Source: Candidatus Eiseniibacteriota bacterium (GTDB lineage Bacteria > Eisenbacteria > RBG-16-71-46 > CAIMUX01 > VGJL01). From it: 64,000 nucleotides of DNA. The stretch spans positions 992,001-1,056,000 of the forward strand of contig CAWBWI010000001.1 of assembly GCA_963792585.1 (NCBI GenBank), given 5' to 3'. Positions 52,627-61,552 of this stretch are shown here, in pieces; the stretch's first letter is position 1; the number at the start of each line of letters is the position of its first letter. Below the pieces are notes generated by a model. It was not told the origin of the DNA and ran no database searches. It saw only the letters and a list, made by a program, of their open reading frames with translations. A program made the translations under genes and the position numbers.

Positions 52627-53560
52627 CCCCCGTCCTTCCCCCCGCCGACTGCCATCGACGCGGTCGTCGTCTCGCATCGCAGGAATCGCCTTCCTGCTGG
52701 CTCTTTATGCCGTCCCCGCGGCCGCAGCTTGGCTCGGTGTGTCCGTGCAGGACCTCTCCCCCGCGCTCGCGGAGGCGATGGAACTGCGCGAAGCTTCCGG
52801 CGTCCTGGTCACCGATGTCATCTCCGGCGGACCGGCCGATCGTTGCGGCCTCCGCGCACGGGACGTGATCGTAGAGGTTGACAGTACGCCCGTCGAGCAT
52901 TCGAACGATCTCGTGGACTTGCTTGCCAAGAGATCCGTGGGCGATAGGGTCGCGATCCGGCTCCGGCGAGGGGCCCATTCGGTCGATTTGACGGCCGTGC
53001 TGGGCCCTTCTCCATCCCCGGAGCGCGGCCGTCCCAATGCCTCCGATCGAGATCCAAGGGGCGAAGGCGACCGTTTCGAGCCGCTCGAGCGCACGGCGTT
53101 CGGCCCCCAGATCGGAGTGGATGTCTTTCCGTTGAACGATGACCTGGCCCGCGCAGTCGGCGCGGCCGAGGCCGAGGGATTGCTGGTACTCCGCGTGCGG
53201 GAGAAAGGCCCGGCAGCCGCGGCGGGACTGCGCGCCGGCGATGTGATCGTCCGGATGAACGATCGCAAGGTCCGGGAGAGCTCGGACATCCGCGAGGCAC
53301 TGCGCTCCCGTACCCCCGAGGAAAAGTGGAAGGCCGAGGTGATTCGGGACCGAAGGACGATCGTCATCGAAGGAGGGATCGATCCGGCTTGGCGGCTGCC
53401 GAGGCCCGGGGAGCCCTCGCGGGCGCCCCGGCTCCGGGACCGGGGAGACATGTCCGTTTGGGCAATTCGGCAGTGGAGGCGCCTGGATCGGGAGATGAAG
53501 GATCTCCGGACCCGCTTGGAGGATCTCGAGCGTCGTGCCCGGGACCGGGACGATCGGTAG
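52613..53560 (+). CDS. Exported tandem-PDZ protein with no protease domain
   Basis: 'WLGVSVQ...GVLVTDVISGGPA..GL...DVI' and a second PDZ 'GPAAAAGLRAGDVI'; C-terminal coiled coil; AAGGAGG SD. Confidence 0.8.
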   Translation: MDLIIPRPSPRRLPSTRSSSRIAGIAFLLALYAVPAAAAWLGVSVQDLSPALAEAMELREASGVLVTDVISGGPADRCGLRARDVIVEVDSTPVEHSNDLVDLLAKRSVGDRVAIRLRRGAHSVDLTAVLGPSPSPERGRPNASDRDPRGEGDRFEPLERTAFGPQIGVDVFPLNDDLARAVGAAEAEGLLVLRVREKGPAAAAGLRAGDVIVRMNDRKVRESSDIREALRSRTPEEKWKAEVIRDRRTIVIEGGIDPAWRLPRPGEPSRAPRLRDRGDMSVWAIRQWRRLDREMKDLRTRLEDLERRARDRDDR

Positions 53561-53592
53561 CAATTCCATCACCCGCGGCCATTAACCTGGAT

Positions 53593-53622
53593 CGGCGGCT
53601 TCGCGCTTGCGCGAAGCCGCCG
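53593..53622 (+). terminator. Hairpin after the PDZ gene
   Basis: CGGCGGCTTCGCGC-TT-GCGCGAAGCCGCCG perfect inverted repeat. Confidence 0.6.
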
Positions 53623-53821
53623 TCTGTCGGTCTATCCCCGCATCCCCGGGGGGCCTCCCACCGCAATCAAGGCGTCGGATGTTGTCCCGGGGAGGTTCGA
53701 CCCCCGAGGCGCAGGGAACCACCTACGGGATCTTCGGCACGGCGCCGGACGAACTTGAACTCCCGGCATTGACAGTTCCTCCCGCCGCCGGTACCAATAT
53801 CGGCCGCAGCCGGGAGGTTCC

Positions 53822-54190
53822 ATGCCCCACGTTCGCATATACGGATCGTGCTCCGTCCGAGCCCATTGGGAGCAATTCACGCAGGGTCGTTGGCGCGACG
53901 AAGCAAAGATCATCAAGTGCATGTCGGCGCTCATTTCGCGGGATGGCTCCAGTGAATTGATCGAGTGCCTGGCGATCGAGGGGTTCCTGCGCCAGAATTT
54001 CTTGGCGCAGTTGCTTCAAAAAGATGACGGAGTCCTCGTCCGCCTTTATCCCGCGTCGATGCCGGAAAAAACCGAAGGGGTCCGGTTCTGTCTGGGTTGG
54101 ATCGCCTCCGGTTTTCGCGCCCAGGATCCGGCGTGTCGGCTGGATGCTACGAACCTGGGAGTCCCCCTTCCGGGCCCAGAGCCACTTTGA
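53822..54190 (+). CDS. Hypothetical protein, 122 aa
   Basis: GGGAGG SD 4 nt before ATG, protein-like composition, upstream TTGACA at 53769. Confidence 0.6.
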   Translation: MPHVRIYGSCSVRAHWEQFTQGRWRDEAKIIKCMSALISRDGSSELIECLAIEGFLRQNFLAQLLQKDDGVLVRLYPASMPEKTEGVRFCLGWIASGFRAQDPACRLDATNLGVPLPGPEPL

Positions 54191-54269
54191 GCGCCCGATC
54201 ACTTGCCGATCTGCTATCCTTGTTCCATCGCTGAGTCGATCCGGCCGCGGTCGATCAAGGAGGGAATTC

Positions 54270-55373
54270 ATGCGTCGGATCGGGAGCATCTTGCTTCTCG
54301 CCGCCTGCATCGGCGGCCTCGGACACGGTGTCGCGGGCGCGGCGCCCTACTTCCAGATCAAGGCGGTCGATGTCCCCTATCGCAACGTGGGGACCGAAGC
54401 GTTCTACGAGCAATTCAACCTCGACATCGACACCCCTGTCTCCGGTGACGAGCTGTTCGTCGAGATGACCCCGCACCTTCCCGATGGCTGGCTCTCGCAA
54501 TTCTGCGTCACCTCGAATGGAAGCTGCTTCCTCTACAGCCACGCGATCACCATTCCTCCGAGTGGTCACGAGCGGATCCAGATCGACTTCATCCTCCCGT
54601 TGTCCCACGAGTCGGGCATGGGATGGATCGACGTTCGGATCTACCGGGTGAACGATCCCACGACCTGGCAGGAGATCAGCTACGCTCTCGGGTACGGAGT
54701 GGAGTTGCCGGTATCCCGATTCACGTTTACATCCGGCAACGTGTTCCAGCAAGCCGATCCCAATACCACCGTGCAGCTGACCAGCACCATTCGCTCCATG
54801 AACCCGTTCGACGACCACTTGGTCGTGACCGTGAACAGCGACATGCCGGAAGGCTGGTTCGCGCAGTTCTGCCAGGTCTCGACCGGCGTCTGTTATTTCG
54901 GCAACGCCGTGATTCCATTCCCGGCATATGCGACCGACGAACTCCAGGTCGACTTCTTCTGCTTCGATCCGGACCCATCCATCGGCAACCTGCGCCTGAA
55001 AGCGCAGAGTGAGGCGAACCCAGCGATGTGGACCGCCCTGGCGTTCCGGGTCCGAACTGGGGACATCCCCGCGGACGTCGAGAGCGCGGGTTTGTCCGAG
55101 CGCTTCTCTGCGTCGGTGACGCCGAACCCCGTGCGGGAGGACGCCGGCATTCGTCTCGAGCTCACGCGGCCGACGCCCGTACAGGTCCGCATCGTCGATA
55201 TTGCGGGACGGACCGTCCTGGAACGCAACCTCCCGGGCCTCGGTGCCGGCACCCATCGTATCGGATGGGATACCAGGGACCCGCTCGGCCGAGAGCTCCC
55301 GAGTGGGACCTACTTCTACCGTGTGACAGGAGCGGATCGGCAGGCGAGCGGCAAACTCACCATCGACCGTTAA
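54270..55373 (+). CDS. Secreted protein with two PxGW/Cys-pair modules and a FlgD-Ig tail (paralog 1)
   Basis: AAGGAGG SD, signal peptide MRRIGSILLLAACIGG...AGA, internal repeat, C-terminal 'VTPNP...WD.RD..GRELPSGTYFYRV...KLTIDR'. Confidence 0.85.
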   Translation: MRRIGSILLLAACIGGLGHGVAGAAPYFQIKAVDVPYRNVGTEAFYEQFNLDIDTPVSGDELFVEMTPHLPDGWLSQFCVTSNGSCFLYSHAITIPPSGHERIQIDFILPLSHESGMGWIDVRIYRVNDPTTWQEISYALGYGVELPVSRFTFTSGNVFQQADPNTTVQLTSTIRSMNPFDDHLVVTVNSDMPEGWFAQFCQVSTGVCYFGNAVIPFPAYATDELQVDFFCFDPDPSIGNLRLKAQSEANPAMWTALAFRVRTGDIPADVESAGLSERFSASVTPNPVREDAGIRLELTRPTPVQVRIVDIAGRTVLERNLPGLGAGTHRIGWDTRDPLGRELPSGTYFYRVTGADRQASGKLTIDR

Positions 55374-55477
55374 CCGCGATACTCCCCTGAGTTCCCAAGC
55401 CCGCCGGCCCGACATCCCGGCGGGCTCATCAATTGGCCCTTTGCCGCACGCATTCGGCACCGCGGCAGGGAGGTCGG

Positions 55478-55506
55478 TTGACCGCGTCCGTGATTCTCGA
55501 TATACT
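55478..55506 (+). promoter_or_regulatory. sigma70 promoter of paralog 2
   Basis: TTGACC-N17-TATACT. Confidence 0.7.
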
Positions 55507-55558
55507 ATATATTGCAGTGTCTTGGATCGTCAGACCTGGTCCGCCAAGGAGGACTCTC

Positions 55559-56659
55559 ATGCAGCGTCTCGGGGGTATCTTGTCCCTAGCCGTCGCCCTT
55601 GCCGCCATCATCACGTGCGTTGCGGGCGCGGCGCCATGGTTCCAGATCAAGCCCGTCGAGTTGCCCTATCGAAACGTGGGCGTCGAGGTTTTCAGCGAGC
55701 AATTCAACCTCGACATCGACTCACCGATCGCCGGCGACGAGCTCTTCATCGAGTTCACCCCCCACGTGCCTGATGGATGGTTCTCCCAGTTCTGCCAGGT
55801 CTCGACGGGAGTCTGCTACTTCGGCAGCCACGCCATCACGCTGCCGTCGAGCGGGGACGAGCGAATCCAAGTCGACTTCTTCACCAACCAGGGATTCGAG
55901 GAAATGGGCTGGGTCGACCTTCGCATCTATCGCGTCTCCGACCCCGGCACTTTCCAGGAGATCACCTATGCTCTCGGACATGGAGTGATCCTGCCGACAT
56001 CCCGTTTCGCCTTCACGTCGAACAACGTCTTTGCGCAGGCCAACCCAAATGACACCGTCGAACTGCGGGGCCTGATCCGCTCGTTCGACAACTTCGATGA
56101 CCAGCTACTGGTGACGGTGACGAGCAGCATGCCACCGACTTGGTTCGCGCAATTCTGCCAGACGTCGACCGGCATCTGCTACTTCGGGAACGCAACGATC
56201 GACTTCCCTGCGCTCGCCATCGACACGCTCCGGGTCGACTTCTTCTGCTTCGATCCGAACCCGGCGATCGGGAATTTCCGTCTGCGGGTCCAGAGCGCAG
56301 CGAATCCGGCGATGTGGACAGCGATCCCCTTCCGCGTCCGGACCGGTGACATCCCGGCCGACGCCGAGGACGGAGCGGCGAGCATTCGGTTCGATGCGGC
56401 GGTCGCGCCCAATCCGGTCCGCGATGCGGCGGAGTTCCGGGTCCACCTGACCCATCCTTCCCCAATCCGCCTGAGCATTCTCGACATTACGGGGCGGACT
56501 CTCCTGAACCGTGTGTCCCCGACCATGCAGGCGGGTCTCCAGCGGATCGCCTGGGACGGTAAGGACGGTCTCGGACGAACCCTGCCCGGTGGCACGTATT
56601 TCTATCGGGTCACGGGGGCCGGCGAAGGAACCAGCGGAAAGCTGACGATCGACCGCTAG
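55559..56659 (+). CDS. Secreted protein with two PxGW/Cys-pair modules and a FlgD-Ig tail (paralog 2)
   Basis: AAGGAGG SD, signal peptide MQRLGGILSLAVALAA...AGA; collinear with paralog 1 along its full length. Confidence 0.85.
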   Translation: MQRLGGILSLAVALAAIITCVAGAAPWFQIKPVELPYRNVGVEVFSEQFNLDIDSPIAGDELFIEFTPHVPDGWFSQFCQVSTGVCYFGSHAITLPSSGDERIQVDFFTNQGFEEMGWVDLRIYRVSDPGTFQEITYALGHGVILPTSRFAFTSNNVFAQANPNDTVELRGLIRSFDNFDDQLLVTVTSSMPPTWFAQFCQTSTGICYFGNATIDFPALAIDTLRVDFFCFDPNPAIGNFRLRVQSAANPAMWTAIPFRVRTGDIPADAEDGAASIRFDAAVAPNPVRDAAEFRVHLTHPSPIRLSILDITGRTLLNRVSPTMQAGLQRIAWDGKDGLGRTLPGGTYFYRVTGAGEGTSGKLTIDR

Positions 56660-56680
56660 CCGATTTCACGCTCGAGAGTC

Positions 56681-56714
56681 AGGGCCCGCCGGGTTTGACG
56701 ACCCGGCGGGCCCT
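56681..56714. terminator. Bidirectional hairpin between convergent genes
   Basis: AGGGCCCGCCGGGT-TTGACG-ACCCGGCGGGCCCT, 14-bp stem. Confidence 0.7.
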
Positions 56715-56718
56715 TCTG

Positions 56719-57513
56719 TCACGGCTTGGGGGCCGCGGGAGGCTCGACGACTACGTTGCCGCGTTCCGCCATCTGGAGAAACGGCCGCACGAGGTCGATT
56801 GGGATCGGGAAGAGCGTGGTGGAGTTGTTCTCGGTCGCGATCTCCGCCAGCGTCTGCAGGTATCGCAGCTGAAGGGCCGCAGGCTGCGTCTGGATGATCC
56901 GGGCGGCTTCGGTCAGCTTCTGCGCCGCTTGGAATTCCCCTTCCGCGTTGATGACCTTTGCGCGTCTCTCGCGCTCCGCCTCGGCCTGACGCGCCATCGC
57001 CCGCTTCATCTCGACCGGCAGGTCGACGTCCTTGACCTCGACGCTGGATACCTTGATCCCCCACGGCTCCGTGTGCGTGTCGATGATCTCCTGCAACCGC
57101 AGGTTGATCTTGTCGCGCTCGGCAAGCAGTTCGTCGAGCTCGGCCTGACCCAGCACGCTTCGAAGCGTGGTCTGCGCGAGCTGGAGGGTTGCGAACAGGT
57201 AATTCTCGACCTCCAGAATGGCGCGGTCCGGATCGACCACGCGGAAGTAGAGGACGGCGTTGACCTTCATCGACACGTTGTCTCGCGTGATCACATCCTG
57301 CGGCGGGATGTCCATCACGACGACCCGCAGAGAGACCTTGACCATCTTGTCGATGAACGGGATCAGCAGGATGAGGCCCGGCCCCTTCCCGTGGATCGCC
57401 CGGCCCAACCGGAAGACGACTGCACGTTCATACTCGCGGAGCACGCGGATTGCGCTCGCGAGGATGAAGATGCCCACCAGGACCAGGAGCGTCGTGGATC
57501 CGAGAAACGGCAT
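56719..57513 (-). CDS. SPFH/stomatin (slipin) family protein
   Basis: '[11 protein letters not shown]', 'QDVITRDNV', 'QTTLRSVLG', 'WGIKV', '[12 protein letters not shown]', 'LQLRYLQTL'. Confidence 0.95.
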   Translation of the reverse strand: MPFLGSTTLLVLVGIFILASAIRVLREYERAVVFRLGRAIHGKGPGLILLIPFIDKMVKVSLRVVVMDIPPQDVITRDNVSMKVNAVLYFRVVDPDRAILEVENYLFATLQLAQTTLRSVLGQAELDELLAERDKINLRLQEIIDTHTEPWGIKVSSVEVKDVDLPVEMKRAMARQAEAERERRAKVINAEGEFQAAQKLTEAARIIQTQPAALQLRYLQTLAEIATENNSTTLFPIPIDLVRPFLQMAERGNVVVEPPAAPKP

Positions 57514-57516
57514 GAT

Positions 57517-58827
57517 CTACTCCTCTCTCTCGGGCCCGCGCCCCTCGATCGGGGTGACGTGGAGACGGAGCCCCATTACGGAGACGATGCGGACCGAATC
57601 CCCGGCCGGGACCGGACGATCCGACGAGGCGCTCCAGATCTCGCCCCGCACGAGAACTTTCCCTTCCGGGGACAGATTCGCGACCACCCGCGCGATCTCC
57701 CCGACCATTCCCTCCCGGCCCGTGACCGTGCGTCGCTTCTGCGCCCGCAGCGCCATCGCCACCGCGAAGATGAAGAATGCAGCGGTGACGAGAATGGCGG
57801 GAACGATGACGATCAGGGAGACGCCGCCCGCCGGCCCGCCACGAATCAACATGAGGGAACCCAAGAGCAAGCTGATCACCCCCCCGATCGATAGAGCCCC
57901 GTGGCTCGGAACCTTGATCTCGGCCAGGAACATCACGACGGCGAGCAGGACCAGAAGAACGCCGGCGTAGTTCACGGGCAGACTTTGAAACGCGAAGAGT
58001 GCGAGGATCAGCGAGATTCCCCCGATCACCCCGGGCAGGATCGCGCCGGGGCTCGAGAGCTCGAAGAAGATCCCCAGGATCCCCGCGAGGAAGAGCAGGT
58101 AGGCGATGTTCGGGTTCGTGATGATGGAGAGGACCCGCTCCCGCAGGCTCATCCGACGTTCCCGAACAGCCGATTCCTGGGTCCGGAGCGTCTCCGGGCC
58201 GGCCGGCAACAGGACGATGCGACCGTCGACTGCCTTCAAGAGGGAGGGGATGTCATCCGCGATCAGGTCGCAGATCCCTTCGCGCACGGCCCCCTCCGCA
58301 TCGATCGAAACACTCTCGCGGACCGCCCGCTCGAACCAATCGGCATTCCGCCCTCGCGTCTGGGCGATCGCACGGGCATACGCGACGGCGTCGTTGACGA
58401 CCTTCGCCGCCATCGTGGTATCGGCCGTCGCCGGCCCTCCGATCGAGACCGGGTGCGCGGCGCCGATGTTCGTGCCCCTGGCCATGGCGGCGACATGCGC
58501 GGCCATCGTGATGAAGACTCCGGCGGAGGCCGCGCGCGCGCCCGAAGGTCCCACCCAGACGATCACCGGCACGCGCGCGCCCAGGATCGCCTTGGCCGCC
58601 TCGCGCATCGAGGTGTCGAGTCCCCCCGGGGTGTCGAGCTGGATGACCAGCGCCGCGGAACGTTCCCGTTCGGCGGCATGGATCGCATCGACCATGTAAC
58701 GCGAGGTGACGGGGGAAATCGCGTCTTCGACCTGAATTGTGATCACATCGCGCGCGCGCGCCCCACCGCCGAGTGCCATCACGGCGAGCATGGCCCCCAT
58801 CAGGATCGACGCGCGCCGGCGCCTCAT
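57517..58827 (-). CDS. nfeD: NfeD membrane-bound serine protease (ClpP-like domain + TMs + OB fold)
   Basis: 'LDTPGGL', 'AASAG', 'NIGAAHPV', multiple TMs, 'GKV.VRGE.WSA'; paired with the SPFH gene. Confidence 0.93.
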   Translation of the reverse strand: MRRRRASILMGAMLAVMALGGGARARDVITIQVEDAISPVTSRYMVDAIHAAERERSAALVIQLDTPGGLDTSMREAAKAILGARVPVIVWVGPSGARAASAGVFITMAAHVAAMARGTNIGAAHPVSIGGPATADTTMAAKVVNDAVAYARAIAQTRGRNADWFERAVRESVSIDAEGAVREGICDLIADDIPSLLKAVDGRIVLLPAGPETLRTQESAVRERRMSLRERVLSIITNPNIAYLLFLAGILGIFFELSSPGAILPGVIGGISLILALFAFQSLPVNYAGVLLVLLAVVMFLAEIKVPSHGALSIGGVISLLLGSLMLIRGGPAGGVSLIVIVPAILVTAAFFIFAVAMALRAQKRRTVTGREGMVGEIARVVANLSPEGKVLVRGEIWSASSDRPVPAGDSVRIVSVMGLRLHVTPIEGRGPEREE

Positions 58828-59456
58828 GATCGTTCTCTCCAAAGAGCGACCTCCCGCTCAGGGTCAGGACGGTCCAAGTCGAAGGTGTCCCGGGTCCGGC
58901 AGTAACCGCGGCCGCCCAGGCGACCGATGGCGTGGAGGCGATCCGCACGGATCCTACCGCCATCGAGGAGGTCGTCCCGAACGTGGAAGAGCACGATCCT
59001 GGCGAGTACGAAGCCGTCCGGATCGTCGCCGACCTCCAGTATCCGATCGACCTTGAACTCCATGGCGACCGGCGCATCGAGGATCCTCTCGGGCCGGACG
59101 AGAATCGAAGGAGCGGTCCGCAGCCCGGTGAGATCGAACTCATCGATCTCCTCCGGAAAATCACCGGAGGAGAGAACCATTGCCTCCGCGAGTTCCTCGG
59201 TCGCGACGTGGATGACGCCCTCGCCGAGAACCTCGAGGTTTGCCAGCGTGTCCTTCTTCGTCCCCTTGCGGCGTCCGATGGCGATCCCGACCAGGGGTGG
59301 ATTCGACGAGATACCGCCGAAGAAACTGAAGGGTGCGAGGTTTCGGCGCCCTGCGGGACTCAGGGTCGAAACCCAGGCGATGGGTCGGGGCACGAGCGCG
59401 CTGATCAGCAGGCCGTAGCGGTTCCTTCGGTCGAGATCCTCGGGGCGGACTTGCAT
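58824..59456 (-). CDS. Flavin reductase family protein
   Basis: 'VPRPIAWVST', 'NLAPFSFF', 'KDTLAN', 'GRLGG..Y'. Confidence 0.9.
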   Translation of the reverse strand: MQVRPEDLDRRNRYGLLISALVPRPIAWVSTLSPAGRRNLAPFSFFGGISSNPPLVGIAIGRRKGTKKDTLANLEVLGEGVIHVATEELAEAMVLSSGDFPEEIDEFDLTGLRTAPSILVRPERILDAPVAMEFKVDRILEVGDDPDGFVLARIVLFHVRDDLLDGGRIRADRLHAIGRLGGRGYCRTRDTFDLDRPDPEREVALWRERS

Positions 59457-59633
59457 CGGTTCCTCCCGGGCGATGAGGCTCGCGCCAAGAATGCACCCGC
59501 CGCGTCCTCGGAGCCAGACGATTATCGTGCCGTCCGCTCCTGGCCCACGGGACGTCTTGATCCCCGCGCGCCGGGCCCCTAGGATCCGTCGCAAGCCGCA
59601 TATGGGCCGATTCGCCCGAATCAGGAGGGACCG

Positions 59634-60392
59634 ATGGAGTTCAATCTCAAAGGCCGCTGCGTCCTCGTCACGGGGGGGTCCCGGGGAATCGGCCGCGCGA
59701 TCGCGGTTCGGCTCGCGGAGGCCGGGGCCGACATCGCCGTCAACTACCTGCGGCAGGGCGGCCGCGCCTCCGAGACCGCCGAACTGGTCCGCGCCCAGGG
59801 GGCGCGGTGTCTGACGATCCGGGCGAATGTGGCGGACATCGACGACATGGAACGCATGTTCCAGCAGATCCGCGAGGAGTTCGGCCGGCTCGACATCCTG
59901 GTCAGCAATGCCGCATCCGGGGTCCTACGTCCCGCGATGGAGCTGACTCCCCGGCACTGGCAATGGACGATGGATATCAACGCGGGCACCCTGCTGCCCC
60001 TCGTTCAGCGCGCCGTCCCGATGATGCCCAAAGGAGACGGGAAGATCATCGCGGTCTCGAGCCTGGGCGCGATCCGCGCAATCCCGAACTACACGGCGGT
60101 CGGGGCATCCAAGGCCGCCCTCGAATCACTCGTCCGCCATCTCGCGCTCGAGTTGGCGCCCCGGGGAATCAACGTAAACGCGGTCTCCGCAGGGATCGTC
60201 GACACCGAAGCGCTGAAGCACTTCCCCAACCGCAGCGACCTGATCGACGCGACCTCCGCGCGCACTCCCGCCGGCCGTCTGACGGAGCCGGATGACGTGG
60301 CCGACGTGGTCCTCTTCCTGACGAGCCCGCTGGCCAGGATGATCCACGGCCAGACCCTGGTCGTCGACGGCGGCTACTCGATTCTCGCCTGA
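59634..60392 (+). CDS. fabL: Enoyl-ACP reductase FabL-like SDR
   Basis: 'TGGSRGIG', 'NAASGVLRP', 'SSLG', 'YTAVGASKAALE', 'TEALKHFP'. Confidence 0.85.
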   Translation: MEFNLKGRCVLVTGGSRGIGRAIAVRLAEAGADIAVNYLRQGGRASETAELVRAQGARCLTIRANVADIDDMERMFQQIREEFGRLDILVSNAASGVLRPAMELTPRHWQWTMDINAGTLLPLVQRAVPMMPKGDGKIIAVSSLGAIRAIPNYTAVGASKAALESLVRHLALELAPRGINVNAVSAGIVDTEALKHFPNRSDLIDATSARTPAGRLTEPDDVADVVLFLTSPLARMIHGQTLVVDGGYSILA

Positions 60393-60402
60393 ACCGGGAC
60401 GG

Positions 60403-61305
60403 CTACCTGAGACCGAGGACGGACTTGGCGATCGTGCCGGCCATGTGAGGGTTTTCCTTCAATCTTCGTACGGAGTAGGCGTACCACTTCTCGCCGAATG
60501 GGACGTAGACGCGCAGGCGATGGCCGCCGCCGATCAGGATCCGGCGCAGGTTCTCGTCGACGCCGAGGAGCATCTGGAATTCGTACTGCTCGCGCGTGAG
60601 GCCGTATCGCTGCACCAGCCGCAACCCCTCGAAGATGAGGTGCTCGTCGTGAGTCGCGATGCCGACGTAGCAGCCCGCGCTCAGAAGGATGTCGAGCGAG
60701 GCGACGAAGCTTCGCCGGATGATCTCCCGTTCCTGATAGGCCATTTCGCGCGGCTCGACGTAGATTCCTTTGCAGAGACGGATGTTGGCCTTCATCGCGG
60801 CGAGCCGTTCGACATCGGCGAGCGTTCGCCGGAGCATCGCCTGGATCACGACCCCGACGTTCGTGTGCTCCGCGCGCAGCTTCCGGTAGATTCCGAGCGT
60901 CTCGTCGGTGCAGGAAGAATCCTCCATGTCGAGGCGCACGAAGATCCCCTTCTCGTGCGCGCGGGAGACGAGTCGGTCGATCCGCTTTTCGCATTCGTCG
61001 AGATCGATCTTCATTCCGAGCATCGTGAGCTTGACGGAGACGTTGCCGCCGAGATCCTCCGCCTCGATGGTGTCGAGCAGCGAGAGGTAGCCGGCAAGCG
61101 CCGCGTCCGCCTCCGCGGAGCTCGTGATGTGCTCTCCGAGGATGTCGAGGGTGGCCATCGCGCCGCCCGCGCGCAGTTCGCGAATAACGCGAATCGCGTC
61201 CTCGACCCTCGGTCCGGCGATGTAGGGGCGGCTGAAGTATCCGACGATCGGCTTCGGCACCGCCGGCAGGAGTCCCACGACCAAACGGTCAAACAAGGTT
61301 GCCAT
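60403..61305 (-). CDS. Monofunctional proline dehydrogenase
   Basis: 'YIAG', 'LDILGE', 'SVKLT', 'LDMED', 'RLCKGIY', 'IATHD', 'EFQMLLG', 'VYVPFG..WYAY..RRLKENP'. Confidence 0.93.
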   Translation of the reverse strand: MATLFDRLVVGLLPAVPKPIVGYFSRPYIAGPRVEDAIRVIRELRAGGAMATLDILGEHITSSAEADAALAGYLSLLDTIEAEDLGGNVSVKLTMLGMKIDLDECEKRIDRLVSRAHEKGIFVRLDMEDSSCTDETLGIYRKLRAEHTNVGVVIQAMLRRTLADVERLAAMKANIRLCKGIYVEPREMAYQEREIIRRSFVASLDILLSAGCYVGIATHDEHLIFEGLRLVQRYGLTREQYEFQMLLGVDENLRRILIGGGHRLRVYVPFGEKWYAYSVRRLKENPHMAGTIAKSVLGLR

Positions 61306-61349
61306 CGACCCACCTCCCATCCCAGTCCCGCAACCGGAGTTCCCGAGGA

Positions 61350-61378
61350 ATCGTAGGCCCCGGGCGCCGGGCTGTCAA
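61350..61378 (-). promoter_or_regulatory. sigma70 promoter of the proline dehydrogenase gene
   Basis: TTGACA-N17-TACGAT. Confidence 0.7.
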
Positions 61379-61459
61379 AGCCCCGCCGGGTGTGTGCCCG
61401 CCGCCTGTGCGCCGCTCGCCGCAGGCGTGGCGAGGCCGGCCTCGTCGCGTCGGCTGCGC

Positions 61460-61488
61460 TTGCTGTCTGGCCGCATGCTTCGTAGGAT
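61460..61488 (+). promoter_or_regulatory. Putative sigma70 promoter of pepP
   Basis: TTGCTG-N17-TAGGAT. Confidence 0.5.
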
Positions 61489-61552
61489 CTGAGTTCCAAC
61501 GCGGTCGGGAGCGATCCCGGCCCCCGCCTGCAACGACCCGACGGGAGGAACC

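Noticed and set aside
53688..53706. GGTTCGA, resembling a tRNA T-loop
   Set aside because: No proper T stem, acceptor stem, anticodon arm or D arm can be built around it.
54270..56659. Diversity-generating retroelement TR/VR pair
   Set aside because: The differences between paralogs are not adenine-specific, and there is no reverse transcriptase in the window.
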